Shown here piece by piece: positions 1 through 13,040 of a DNA stretch of 63,999 bases. The DNA is taken from NCBI GenBank assembly GCA_000165425.1, contig CT868429.1, positions 633,337-697,335 on the forward strand. Reading direction: 5' to 3'. A program made the translations under genes and the position numbers. Below the pieces are notes generated by a model that did no database searches, was not told where the DNA came from, and saw only the letters and a program-made list of their open reading frames with translations. Each line of letters opens with the position of its first letter. Within the stretch, counting starts at the first letter, position 1. The stretch is from Paramecium tetraurelia. Lineage: Eukaryota.

Positions 1-3000
1 AATTTAACTACAACTTTTTGTTACGAATGTTGATAAATCTGCCTCTTCACACGTTGATGTTACCAAATTAAATTAACAATTTGAGAGTGGATTTGTTATT
101 TTTAAACAACCCCACTTATTAACTGGTTTATTACATGTTAATGAACTAAATTCACTTGTTGGAATTTCAAGACACTCATCCATCCAGTAAACAGCTAAAT
201 TATTTTCAACGTACATTAAACATGCCTACTTATTAAATGATAATCTATTAGACCAACTATAAAATAAAGAATATTTTGAATCAATTGGATATTCAAATTT
301 CTTACAAACATTGTTAGTATTATCATAGAAACAAGGAATATCAGTGCTTAGTGAACATGATAATGGATTTGTCTTAAATGTATTCAAACATACTGCTAAA
401 GTAGTCTAAGGTGTATCAATACAACCTAAATCTGGATCAAATTTACAATATTATCCTTTGGTTCTGATAGAGTAACACTTGTCCTTATTTACTAGACTAG
501 TGCAATTGACATTTTCATAATTATCTGTGCATTAACCATCTAAATAAATACACATTGATCCTAAAGTATTAAAGATACACCCTTTTTTATTCAAACCAGG
601 TTGTGAGCAGACTTCAGTTGAACCGTCGACAACATTACATACTTTAGTTTGAGTGTTCCATTTACATGCTTTATCAGTTGCATTCTGTCTTGTTAAACAC
701 ACTACCTAATTTGTAGTTATTGATGCATCTTACAAATCCTAACACAATGTCGTATCGGGAACAGCTTAACATTAATTATCCTTAAATTGGCATTTTGCAT
801 TAATCTATATGCAGGCTGCCCAATTAAATGTAGGATCACATGTATTAGCATTAGTAAGCATTTCTCTTGTTACTGAAAGACACTGTTTATTGGTCTAATT
901 ATATTGACAATTGGCAGTTGTTTTATTTAAACATGCAAATTTATTAATTCCTAATTATGAGCAGTTAGTAATAAATGGTTCTCTATTAGTTGCTTTAACA
1001 CATCTCATCTTTTCAAAACTGTAAACAATGCTTGTAGTTATTTTATTGTCAAAATATGAACATACTTTCATCGAATAGGGAAATTTATCACTATCTTTAA
1101 CGGTTTGATATGTAGATATGTCATATGTTTAACAAGTGTTACTAACAAATTTACAAATAGCATCTTGATTAATACAAGCTTCTACATTTAATTAATCTGA
1201 ACATCCAATTGTAGTAGTCAAATCCTCAACACAAGAAGATGAAGTTGTGTCATATTTGCATTTACCGACTGCCCTATTCACACATGCATATTTATTAAGT
1301 CCAGGAGAATTACACTTCAAAATATCTGCAGAAACAGCTTCTCTGCATCTATATTATTCATCTCTAATACATGCCTTGTCAATTGCTAGCTTAGAACATA
1401 CTAAACTATTAAATGTAACTAGATTTCTATCCTGATTACTAGAATCTATTAGTACAAAGTCATTGCACTAATTGAAATTTGATTCTTTATTAAAGCTGTA
1501 GCAAGCATTGTTTTCAGATGACCAACCACACTATTTTGATACCATATTCAAACAACCATATTAATTTGCAATACTACAGTCTGTATAATCTGTTTCTGAA
1601 GTAACTCCAACGCATTAATTATCAGTCTTTGTATTATCCCATTTGCATCTCTCGAAATTAGATTAAATGCACAATTACTTTAATTTAATATCAGCACATT
1701 TAGAAAGTAAAGGATTAAATGGAGAACAAAGGGAAGTAGAAATATTAACATAGCAGTTTGCAGCAGTTAATTAAGGGCATGTGTATTGGTTATATATACT
1801 GCAATCTTTACTGGTTTCATCCGACAAATTTGAAATCAATGTACATTAATTTGAATCCCATTTGCATAGAAGATTTGGAGTATTGATTAAACAAGCTGAT
1901 TAATTTAGATTTCCATCACATGAAGTAAAAGTTTCAGTCGTTACTACTGAGCATCTATAAGTAACAGGATCATATTTAACCTTAGATCCTGAACAACTAA
2001 TACAAGCCTTTTTGCTTACTTTATTGCTGATCAATTAAGCACATGTAAATCCTGTGGCATCTTCACATTTACTTGAGTAAATGCAAGATTAATCAACTTA
2101 ACTACAGATTGCATCTCGATTGGCTAGTTAAAGTTTATTAACTTCATAGCATAAGTAATATTTATTAGCGCTAGTTTTTTAAGGTACTGAATCTGTCTTT
2201 TAACAATAATTAAGTTTAGTAAAGTTACAGCCCATAGCTTCACACATTGTTTTGCTCATACTTTTATCGCATTTGTCTGATAAAACATCACCTTAACCAA
2301 TACTTGGCTAACTTGATATACATTTATTGTTTGACCTACATGCATCAGTGGCAGATGCACAAATTATTGGACTGCTTTCATCTTTATAGTCATTACATGT
2401 TAATCCTAATTGGACAGTACCATTGTTGATGCATTTTCTGATGCTTCTTACTAGGGATTTGCATTATTTTCCTGGTTATTAATCTGGATCTGCTGAAGTT
2501 AGCTCACATATTACCCCAGGGGTTGAACTCACATTACATGTTTAAACTATTGAAGAACAATCAGGTAGTTTATGTTAATTATTGCTTAAAGAAAGACACC
2601 CGCCTTAATTGATATCAAAATAACATTATTCAGAAACCATTTCTAAACATAGAGCTCTTGAATATGTATCCAAACAAATTGGTTTACTGCTTATTAAGTC
2701 TTACTCTACACATAACGATCGTGTGCAAGTAGAACTATTGCCATTTGCATCTTAGCAATTATAACTGTAGTTCGAATAAAATATATAATTATATGTCGGC
2801 TGCAAAATCTCACAAGTTTTTGTTGCTGTTTCCCAAAAGCAATATTTCTCAAAATTGCATTATTAAACATTATTAGTCGCTCCTAAACACTACTTATTTC
2901 CATCTGTTTAATCTAGATATTGACTTATTGACACACAAGCTATTTTATTGTAATAATATCCAATTGTTTGTTATGATTTAAGATTAGTGCATGTTTAAGT

Positions 3001-6000
3001 TTCAGTAATTTCAACATCAACACATTTGAGTGTATTTAAATTGAAATAACAACTGGATGGTATTTGCATACAAACTTCAACGCTGATTGCAATGGCTGAA
3101 GAGCATTTAGTTTAGTCACTATTAAATGGTTTACACTTATGACTAGATGGAGATTAATTGTAATCAAAGTAACAATTGTGACCTTGGGTATGAAATAAAC
3201 AAGCATATTCGTTTAAGTAATAAGCTTAACAATCTTTGTTTTTTGCTGATAATGAAACACATGTGTAATCAGAATCGTGATAGAAGGCACCTCCTGTAAT
3301 TGAATAACACCCTAGTCTATTATATAAATTATTCGATGAAACAAACTATTTATCTGTTAATGTTAATTTTAAGCATTTAAATTTGGTATTATCCCAATAA
3401 CATGGTTCTTTTGTTACTAATATACACAAATTCTAGTTGATATAATCTTCGCATCCCAATAATGAAATTTCAGTTTGGTTCTCGTAACATTCATAAGCTT
3501 GAGGATCCCATCTACATAACCCTCCTGTGTTTTTATAACAGGTTATAGAATTAGCTCCTGGTACAGAGCACTTATTGCTTGACATGTTTGTATACTTGCA
3601 AGTTTAAGTAGATGAATTGTATTCACATAATTATCCATCTTTAGTAATTCTTTCACAAGCAGTTGAACCCACTGGACCATTAGAGTTAAAGTAATCGCAA
3701 TCGACATCGGTAGGTGCATCAATACATTTATCAGTTGTAAATGAAAATTAGCAGGCTGTGTTTGGATTTTCAATGCATGCCTTATAATTCTGATTATATG
3801 AACATGTATAAATTTCATCATATTCGTCAGAAGTAATTTCTTAGCATGTTAATAAAATTGGATTCCATTTACATAAAACATTTGGGGTGAATCTTAAACA
3901 TACATTACTATTTCCTCCTGCTGCATTACAAGTAGCATAATTTGTTTAAATATTTGGTTTGCATCTTTTATTTATATCATCGTATAAAAAGTATTTTAAA
4001 GTATTTCTATTTGTGATTGTTGCTTCTATTGCTAGACAACCATATTTGTTTAGAATAGCTGGAAATTATATGAAAACATCTAAATTTCCATAATTAGAGT
4101 AATTTATATTAACACAGGATTTTCCATTGTAGTAACATAATTGCTTTGTTGACCATTCAATCATATGGCATGAATTTCTATTCATTTAAGAACATCTCAT
4201 CTAGTTTGAATTGTAGTAGTTCTTGACCACATCTGGCTTTGAAATATCAACAATATCTGAAGTCAATTGCTAACATCTTAAATTGGATCCAAAAAAGCAA
4301 TAAACACCAACAGCTTAGGATGAATATCTACTACAAGAATGAGCATTGATTCCAATCTTCTCAGTACAACAAGGTGTAGTGCATAAATCAGTATTCTTTT
4401 AACAAGTACCTGACTCAGGCATAAATTTACAATACCCTCTGTCGACATCACTATTAATTCCAATTCTGAAATCATAATCTGGAAATTCCATCTCAATAGC
4501 AGCACAAACATTAGCATTTACTTTAACATCAGTTGAGTAATTAGAACACTTTTGATTTAATAAGACTGATTAATCCAAGCATCTACTTTATCGTTCTGAC
4601 CATTAGCATAATTATCCAATAGTTATTATCTATGTGCAAACATCTCTAGTGGGGGAACTAGATTAGCATTACATGTTTTAGAGTAACTCAGTTACCTGGG
4701 CTGCACTATCAGGATTAGCAGAGTCTAATTCTTTACATTAATTCAACTCTGTATCAAAATAACAACTGCCTGATACTTAAGCACATGCATATGTATTTAA
4801 CCCAGCTGTATTGCATGTCATAGAAGAGATCACTGAATTAACACAACTCTTCTCTACCTCTAAGTATCTGCATGGTTCTTTTCCATATTCAACTAGTGCA
4901 CATGCTTGAGGATTAACAAATTGCATTTTTAAGCATTCCACTTAAGCTACATCCACCTTCTTTCTTATTTATTAACATTAACTTTGATTCCATCTGCAAA
5001 TTTATCCTTATGTAGTAATGGATGCACATGCTATTCTGTTTAATCCTATTTTTTTGTTTTAACATTCAAGAGTGTTGAGTAAATTTTAACCAATAGATGA
5101 ACTTGTATCAATACTGTCACATTTAGATGTAGCTTAATTAAAATAGCACCCTATTGAAGAATTCTCATACACCTAAGAACAAGCATTGGGATTTGCAAAT
5201 TATAAACTATTACACGTAGTTTCAAGTGACTTAATTTCTATCTAAATACATCCATTTAAAGTCCATTAACAAGGTATTCCAGGTTTTGTTATACTAACAC
5301 ATCCAAATAAATTTATATATGGAGATTCACACAAATCATTCACATCACTATTCACACATCGATGAGTTGATGCATTGTATTTACAAGATACATTTGGCTT
5401 TGATATTGCTTAGCATACATTTCCATTATATTTAGTAGTAGTATCACTTTTATTTAATTCACAATCTAAATCTTGATTTATAATTTATCTAATGCAACTT
5501 TATCCATCCCATTTACAATATTGATATTATGTTAATACATTCACACAAGCATCTTCATTTAGTGACATTTCACATTAAAATTATTTTAAATCTTCTAAGG
5601 TGATCGATTCGCATTTACCATTCGTAAATGTACAATATTAATTTTTCAATGATAAACAAAGTTCTTTAGTTAACCCTTATGTATTGCATGTTAACTTATC
5701 TGCAATTGCTGGTACTTTACAAACAAAGTTTTAAGTATCAAATTTACATTTACCTTCGAATTATTAACAAACACTCTAATTTACTTCTTTAACGTTTTCA
5801 CATTTTAAATCTATTGTTTTAACAAAGCTTTAACACTTCCCTGATTTCCATTAGCACAGCAACTTTGGATTATAAATACCAAGACATCCTAGCCTATTGA
5901 AGTTCATTTCACATTTATTAATGTTTACTGATTTTATCTCTTGACACTTGTTCTGAATGAATATACCTTAAATATACTGATATTAATACATTATTGATTG

Positions 6001-6667
6001 GAAGTTGTAATTGAAATGCAAGTATCTTAGTTTATTCCTAGACCTGTGCATTTCAACTTGGCTAATCCTTATTCATTGACACTTACACATTTGTAATCTT
6101 GAGAAAAGCCGCCATTCATGCCTAATTTTAAGTTAGAAGCTTACATTTCAAATTTTAAATCTTCTAACACATAGAAGGTGTTACAGAATTTCCAAATATA
6201 GCCTCACATTAATCTCCATCGGGAACATTACTTAAATATTCAGTGCATTTGTTTCCATTCCAAATACAATCCTTGTTAGCTACATTTGTGCATGAGTACT
6301 TCGAGAACCTCTCATAGCAACCTAACTTTGCCAGATGAGTAGGTTTAATTGATACACATCTCTTTCCAAATATGCCTTAATTCATTATTTATAATTCTTA
6401 CATCGAGCTTCCTCCCCAATCTGATTAGTAAGTTAATTTAAGCATGCTAACTGATTTAATGTCGGTAAACAACCATGACTTGTCGATGAAGTATCCATGC
6501 AAGAACTCTCAAACTAATTGTAATAACCTAAATTAGATATTCAATTTACATTTTATTCCTTATGTTTTGCTAACACATGCAATTGAATCTAAAGGGAAAT
6601 AGTTACAAAACATCTGATGTGTTAACATAATTGAACAGCTAATTAATAGAAGCTACAATATTTTCAT
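1..6667 (-). CDS. Large cysteine-rich secreted/surface protein (surface-antigen/mini-antigen-like periodic Cys repeats), 3' end outside window, >2,100 aa
   Basis: ATG at 6667 gives signal peptide MKILQLLLISCSIMLTHQ. Repeated C..LN...C......C.(W/F/Y)....C units. Four introns at 6528-6549, 6376-6401, 6122-6144 and 5967-5989; the frame after intron 4 matches the frame at position 1. Confidence 0.85.
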
Positions 6668-6807
6668 TAATAATAATAATTTAAGTCCTAAAAGTTTTTT
6701 TTTGTTTAAATTTGCGATATTAAAAAACAGGAATTACTTAATATCTGTTAATGTATTATTATTTATATTATATTTCAAAATAATGATATTTTGAATTGAT
6801 TATTATG

Positions 6808-9393
6808 TCATTCTAAATATTTATACTCTTGCAATAACAATAACAGTCCAGGGTTGCGTTATAAAAACTTAGCAAATGCATTAGATTCTATCTTTAATAT
6901 CGATCCCTCTCTAACTGCCTTGATTGTAGTTGTTAATTTGTTTCCCTTCAAAATAGCGTTAATTTCCCCTATAAATGAGCCAGAATCAAACTCTTCCAAT
7001 TTCTAGTTTAATCAATAATCTTACTGCCTCTTCACAGTCAATAAATGCAAATGCACCTTTTCTAATGAAAAATACAAAAGTAGCGTCATCATCTTTCTTC
7101 CATAAGATTTGACCTTTACTGACTTCCTGTTATTGCATAATCATCTCTAACTAAGTTTTTTGAGTTGGAGTCAATTGAGAAAAATGTGAATTTCTATTTA
7201 AATATATACTATAATTTCATACTTAAACAAGATCTGTATGGCTTATTGTTTTCTAGCTTCCATCAATTACATCATTTGTTCAATCACTGGTCCTTGTCCT
7301 TCAAATCCATCACCAAATATAAACCAAAAATCATGTTTGTCTAGAGATAACACCCTTAAATCAGTCACTGCTAGTACTGAGGCTCTTCTCCTACCAGTTT
7401 AGATCAAGGCTGATTCTCCAAAATAGTCTCCGGATTATAAATATCTTTAAAACTTGTTCTCTTTCTAATCAGAGAAGACCTTAGCCAAACCAGACTCTAT
7501 GATATAGAATTTATGTCCCTCTTAATTCTCTTAAATTACTAATTCACCTTCCTTATACTTTTCTAACTTTAGAGCATCCATTAAAAATTTGGCATTATTC
7601 AAAGTCAGTTTATCGAAAATGTCAATTCTACTTATTATATCCATTTTTCTATTTAATGGGATATCTTATTAGACATTTGGTCTAATTAAGATCAGAGTAT
7701 TCTCAATACCTGGTTTGGCTACTTTCAAACCAGATCCTTTGAGCACATCTTTAGCAGCAACATGAACTAAATACATTCTATTCTTCACTTGATTGGGTAA
7801 TTAGGACAATACTGTCTAAGGGGTGTGAATGGGAGGAACTCCAGCTTCATGTAAAATAATATCTTCTGTGAATTTAGGAGAATTCAATTATCTGCATCTT
7901 GCCTAATTTAAATGCCCTTATTTCTATAATTCCTCGATTTTAACTGGATCATAAAATGTGTCACCACTAAAGTATATGGATTTGTTTTGATATCTGACTC
8001 TGAATCCAATACAAGGGATTGAATGAAAAGCATAAAAGAATTCAAATTCTGCTCCATAAATATTTAAAGGGACTCCCAAAATAGCTGGTCTGAATATAAA
8101 CAGACTTTTAATCTAGTCTTATGATAAATTAGAAATTGCAGAATATTTTCTTAGAAATGAATACATGATAGTCCTTGTTGTGATTATTTCAACTTTACTA
8201 TCATCTAATATTTTGTGAAAGGCTCCTGCATCATGATCAGCATGACAATGACTTATGATAATGGCACTTATCATGATAGGTGGAATTCCCATCTTTTTTA
8301 GATGGTAACTGGTGTAGGGAGGAGGATCCACCATTATTCCTCTGCCATTGATCCAAAAAATGTAACCAGATGTAGAACCTTTAGGATCAAATCCATGAGA
8401 CTAGGTTATTTATATTGAATTACACATCCCAAAACTGTGACACCAAATTCAGGAGCTTAGAATGTGAGACCTTCATTCAATTCTATGCTTCCTTTCTTCT
8501 ACAATTTAGCTTCTCCATTTTTATTCCACAATAATAAGTTTGGCATACTTCCTATATCTTGATCATCTTCATCAGAATCTACCTCTTCGAAGTTTTAAGT
8601 CAGACTTGGAGGCTTTTTCCCGTGTTACATCTTTTTCATTATTGTTAATGAAGGAGGGGCGATTTCAGATTTCCCTGAACTATCAATTTTGTGTAATGAT
8701 AATAATTTATCGTATTCTTTTGGAAAACTAAATTTATCAGGGAAACTTATCAACAGATTCTAATTGTCATATATTGTAAATTCTTTTTCTTCTTTTACTA
8801 TTTTTACTTTCCCTATTTATGCCACATTATTCTCAAAAATTATGAACTTTAGTAAGGTTTCTGAAGTAAGTTTTTCATTTAAATTCATGGGATTTTTTGC
8901 GAATATTGCCAATTCTTTCTTAAAATCCACATATTCAACTGGGTCCACATCAGAATGATAATCATTTTTGATTTACTATAAACTATATATTAAAAAATAC
9001 ACTAAAATCCTATGGACCTAACAAAGTTTCCTGAAAAACAATCTTGATTGAGTTTGCAGTTTCAGTATCACATATCAATGTAACTTATCTTTTCTTGATA
9101 AAGAAATTGAAATAAGCTGGGAATTCAAATTCTGCAACATTAATCCCAAATTATTTGTTGAATCTCTAGGAAGGTATAATGTAAAATGTTGGCACTTCCA
9201 CTCCTAAAGACATGGAATCCTTCACAGTTTCAGGAGGTAATCCAAACTGAATTGGACCTTCGCTAGTTTTGATAATAAGCCCTCCTCTGTTTAATTTCAT
9301 GGTTTGTACTGCAGGAATCTACTCTTGAGGTTTTAATTCCTAATTCAATTCTTGAACGTCTTAGTGAAACTACTCCTTGGATGTGCAAGCCAT
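6808..9393 (-). CDS. Class II (metallo-beta-lactamase fold) cyclic nucleotide phosphodiesterase with two C-terminal cNMP-binding domains, PdeD/PdeE (GbpA/GbpB)-like
   Basis: N-terminal RGGLIIKTSEGPIQFGLPPETVKDSM; GCSHGFDPKGSTSG; MBL motif HCHADHDAG; FHSIPCIG; HEAGVPPIHT; CNB cassette GDYFGESALIQTGRRRASV. Introns at 8976-9000, 8401-8423 and ~7195-7222. TGA at 6808-6810. Confidence 0.85.
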
Positions 9394-9462
9394 AACAAAT
9401 TTCAATAAATATAATGATTTAATTAATCTTCATATCATATTTATATATAATTTTTTTAAATA

Positions 9463-10698
9463 TCATTTAGCAACAATTCCAAAGCTGATGTGATCCTGTT
9501 ACACTGTAAGAATCTAGGCAATTTCATTTCGACATAGAAAGCAAGCGTCAGTATTTCCAATGCAGTAAGCACAAAATTTGCCATGTCCACAAGGCATAAA
9601 AATCTTCTCTCCCACTTTATCTTAGCATATTACACATAAGTTCTATTCCTCAGAATTCACAGATTATAAGTCGTTGCTCAACATTGGAGGTTGACTCGAT
9701 TGTCTTTGTCCAACATTTGTTATTATTGGTTTATAATAATTAGTTGATACTCTTTATAAAATTGTTGTTGCTTATTCATAAGGTTATTGCTTTTCTTCTA
9801 AGTCCTTTCCGATTTCTAGATTAAATATGAAATTTGCATAATATTATTCCAAATTTCTTCTCTCAAAATAAGTGTACACTGACAAAAGGATGAATAAAAT
9901 GGGTAAAATTATTTTCAAGGCAAAGTTATTGAAGTATAGAAAGAGATTTGTCATAGATATTGTGACTTAATATAGGACGAATTACACGTAGTAGGCAGCT
10001 TTCATATGAATAATATAAAGTACTTCTTTATTTCTCATTCTTTTTTATCAAAGATGGAATTACTTTGATTACAAAATAAAGAAGTGAGACAAAGGCTATT
10101 ACTCCATCTAATATTAGCAGAATCAAAAACAACCATAAAACCTATATCCAATCCCAAGCAACAAAATTATCCAATTTCAGAGTTACTGATAATGTTTCAA
10201 CTAATATTACTATCTTCCATAGTACATTAAACTATTATGTCATTCTTTATGCTATACGAACTATTAGAATGCAACAAATGCGAAGTATTTCTTTTTATTG
10301 CAATATATCAGCAATCTTAGGATCAACAATAATAATGGAAACAGAATGATCATCAAATAAAATTGAATTTCCAGCATAACTATCAAAATATAACACAATT
10401 TCATTAAACAATAGATGAACGATTCTAAATAATAATAAACCCTTAATTCCGTTTGTAAACAATAACAAGTTTAAATACATCTGCCTATTATAATATTCAA
10501 AATATTACAAATATCAACAAATATTAGGCACATCACCATCTAGATAATTGATAAATAGTTTTCTAAATAAAAGGAAATTAAAAAATAAACATATAGATAT
10601 AAAATGATTTCTAAGTATTATTCTCTAACAAATTCTATTGCTAATTATTTTACTTCTGCTTCTAATTAAACTTTGTTTCGATCTTGTTATTCTTACAT
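9463..10698 (-). CDS. Multi-pass membrane protein with C-terminal C3HC4 RING finger (TMEM185-like TM region; putative E3 ligase)
   Basis: Several hydrophobic helices including DNFVAWDWIQVLWLFLIL. C-terminal CVICQDKVGEKIFMPCGHGKFCAYCIGNTDACFLCR. TGA at 9463. Confidence 0.75.
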
Positions 10699-11080
10699 AT
10701 TTTATAAAAAATTTATAAATTTTATTATCAAAAAATCTTATTTTTATTTTCTTGTAAATGTTAGAAATCAATAATTAAGGAATCCAATAAATTTAGAACA
10801 ATATTATATTTCAAATAAATAAGAAATTATTCTAATGATCTTTTCGCATATATAAGATGCTATGGCAATGATATACTAAATCAAAATGAATATTATCATT
10901 TATAATGAATTGTTAAAAAAACTGCTATTTTGTAAATGATGACCTACAAGAGATATTCATATTTAGACCAATATTCTTCTTTAAGTCATATTTAATAAAC
11001 ATAAAAATATCAAATAAAGTGATTTCCAATTTTATATTATATAATGTTAATTATTTATATTAATATTAAAAACGGATTGT

Positions 11081-12224
11081 ATGAGGAAATTAGTTTCTAT
11101 ACTATTGATTTCTCTCACCTTGGCAAGTCAAATTCAAGGTCCTTTATCTAATCCAATAATGAATGAATTAGAATAAACACATTTAGGGAAAGCATTCTTG
11201 AAATTACTAAGCTTAAAATCAAAGGCACAACAATTTGATTTCTCTAAATTATATGCTGCACTTGATGACTTACAAAATTCAATCAAATAAAGATTGGCTG
11301 ATGAATAACAAGAGTATTAGTAAAATGAAGTGTAATATTTCACAGACAAGGAATTTTTCTCAGGTTAAATTACACAATTCTAGAATGAAGTAATCTTATT
11401 TACTTACTTTATTAGATAGCATCATTAGAAATAGATGTTACAGATTTCACTGAAAGCAGAGACTTATTATAAATTGCTTTAAATGGAAAGGTTGATGAAT
11501 TGAAGGAAGTTTAATCGTTGGCAGACGGATTATAAGCAAGAATCACAAAAGAAGAAGGCATCTTCAAAGATCAATAGAATCAATATACAAGTGCTGTTTA
11601 AGCTCTAGATTAAGCTTTATAATTGATTGGATAACTTAGAGATGGTTCATTCATCTAGAATAGAAGTGTCTCATTCTTAGAAGAAGGTCTAAAATAACTC
11701 CAACATTAAAGAATTATGTATGGACCTTTGATCACTGCATTCACTTAAATCATGGCCCCAAGTTTCAATGATTCAGAAGCAAGTGCAAAAGTTTAAAAGT
11801 TAATTCAAAATTTGAGAGATACTATTGTTAAAAATAAAACAGACTTAGAAAATGCTTATCAATAAATTAGAGCCATCGATGATCATAATCTCAGTCAATA
11901 TAACCAAAGAATAACCAATTTATCAACAATTGTAATTCCAACAATATAGGCTGAAATTTAAACTAGAGATGGTAATTATAGTGTGTTATTGATTAGCTCA
12001 AATTCAAACAAAGTAAAATTTACTCAGAGATGCCCAAACCAATTTCAAGAACGCTTCAGATAACTTAGATAATACTAATAACAGATGGGTTGAAAGGTAT
12101 TTATAAATTACCATATTTTAGAACCAATGAACACAATAAATTGATGGACTAGCTTTTAACTTAATAATCCCTATTTCCCAAGATTGTAAATCAATTAGAG
12201 GGAGCAGGAGTTAGAAGAAGATGA
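11081..12224 (+). CDS. Trichocyst matrix protein (TMP/GRL)-like secretory precursor
   Basis: Signal MRKLVSILLISLTLA; pro-region LEQTHLGKAFLKLLSL; two acidic heptad/coiled segments separated by a GSFIQ spacer; three introns (~11390-11415, 11972-11996, 12098-12121); ~355 aa. Confidence 0.75.
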
Positions 12225-12282
12225 TTTTCTTAAGATTAGCAAATATAATATTTAATAATATATATTTATTTAGTAAATAAGA

Positions 12283-13002
12283 ATGTAGAATTTTAAAAGA
12301 GTTGTTATTTTATTGTCTAAAACTTCTGGAAGAGATAAAGTGAGTATTAAATAATAATAATATTATTAGTCTTGCAGAATTTTACAATATTTTGGTAAAT
12401 TTTGTGCAGAATAATTGAAAGAGTTAAAATAGGATGAATTATCCTTAAAGTGCAAAAACTTAAGTTCAAACATGAGTTTAACTAGAAAGGTCTTAAGATT
12501 TGGAAGAACAATTGGAATCATAATTTCAATTATGGAATTATCAAAATAAAAAGGAAATAAAGCAATCATTCTTAATAAAATATTGATGAATATTTCTTGC
12601 TTTCTTTATTTTTTGGTTGATCACACTCATTGGTTTTGTAAAGTAAACTCCATATTAACTTTTAGATTTAAGTGATACAAAATCCATAATTAGAAGCCAA
12701 GGCAGATTATTGGAGTGATGCGCTTTGGAATTTTGAGGCGTTCTTTGATTGTGTTGCATTGATTTTAGAAATAAGGGAAGAATAAAATAAATCATAAGAA
12801 ACAAAATCCTCCTAACGTCTTTTCAATCTTAAATTAGATTTACTAAGGGCTTTTATGGATTTACTGGTATCAATTTAATTTCAATAAAAAGAGTGCCTAT
12901 GGATTTATAAGTAATGGGAGAGTACCTGGTAAATGGATTGGCTTCTTTGGAACTATCAGCTCAATTATCGGATTAAAATAACAATGGGATGCAGCTAAGT
13001 GA
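12283..13002 (+). CDS. PEX11: Peroxisomal biogenesis factor 11
   Basis: LSKTSGRDK|SCRILQYFGK...LSSNMSLTRKVLRFGR; C-terminal GKWIGFFGTISSIIGLKQQW; one intron at 12340-12369. Confidence 0.88.
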
Positions 13003-13040
13003 AATATAATCATTTCAAAATTGTATTAAATAACAATAAT

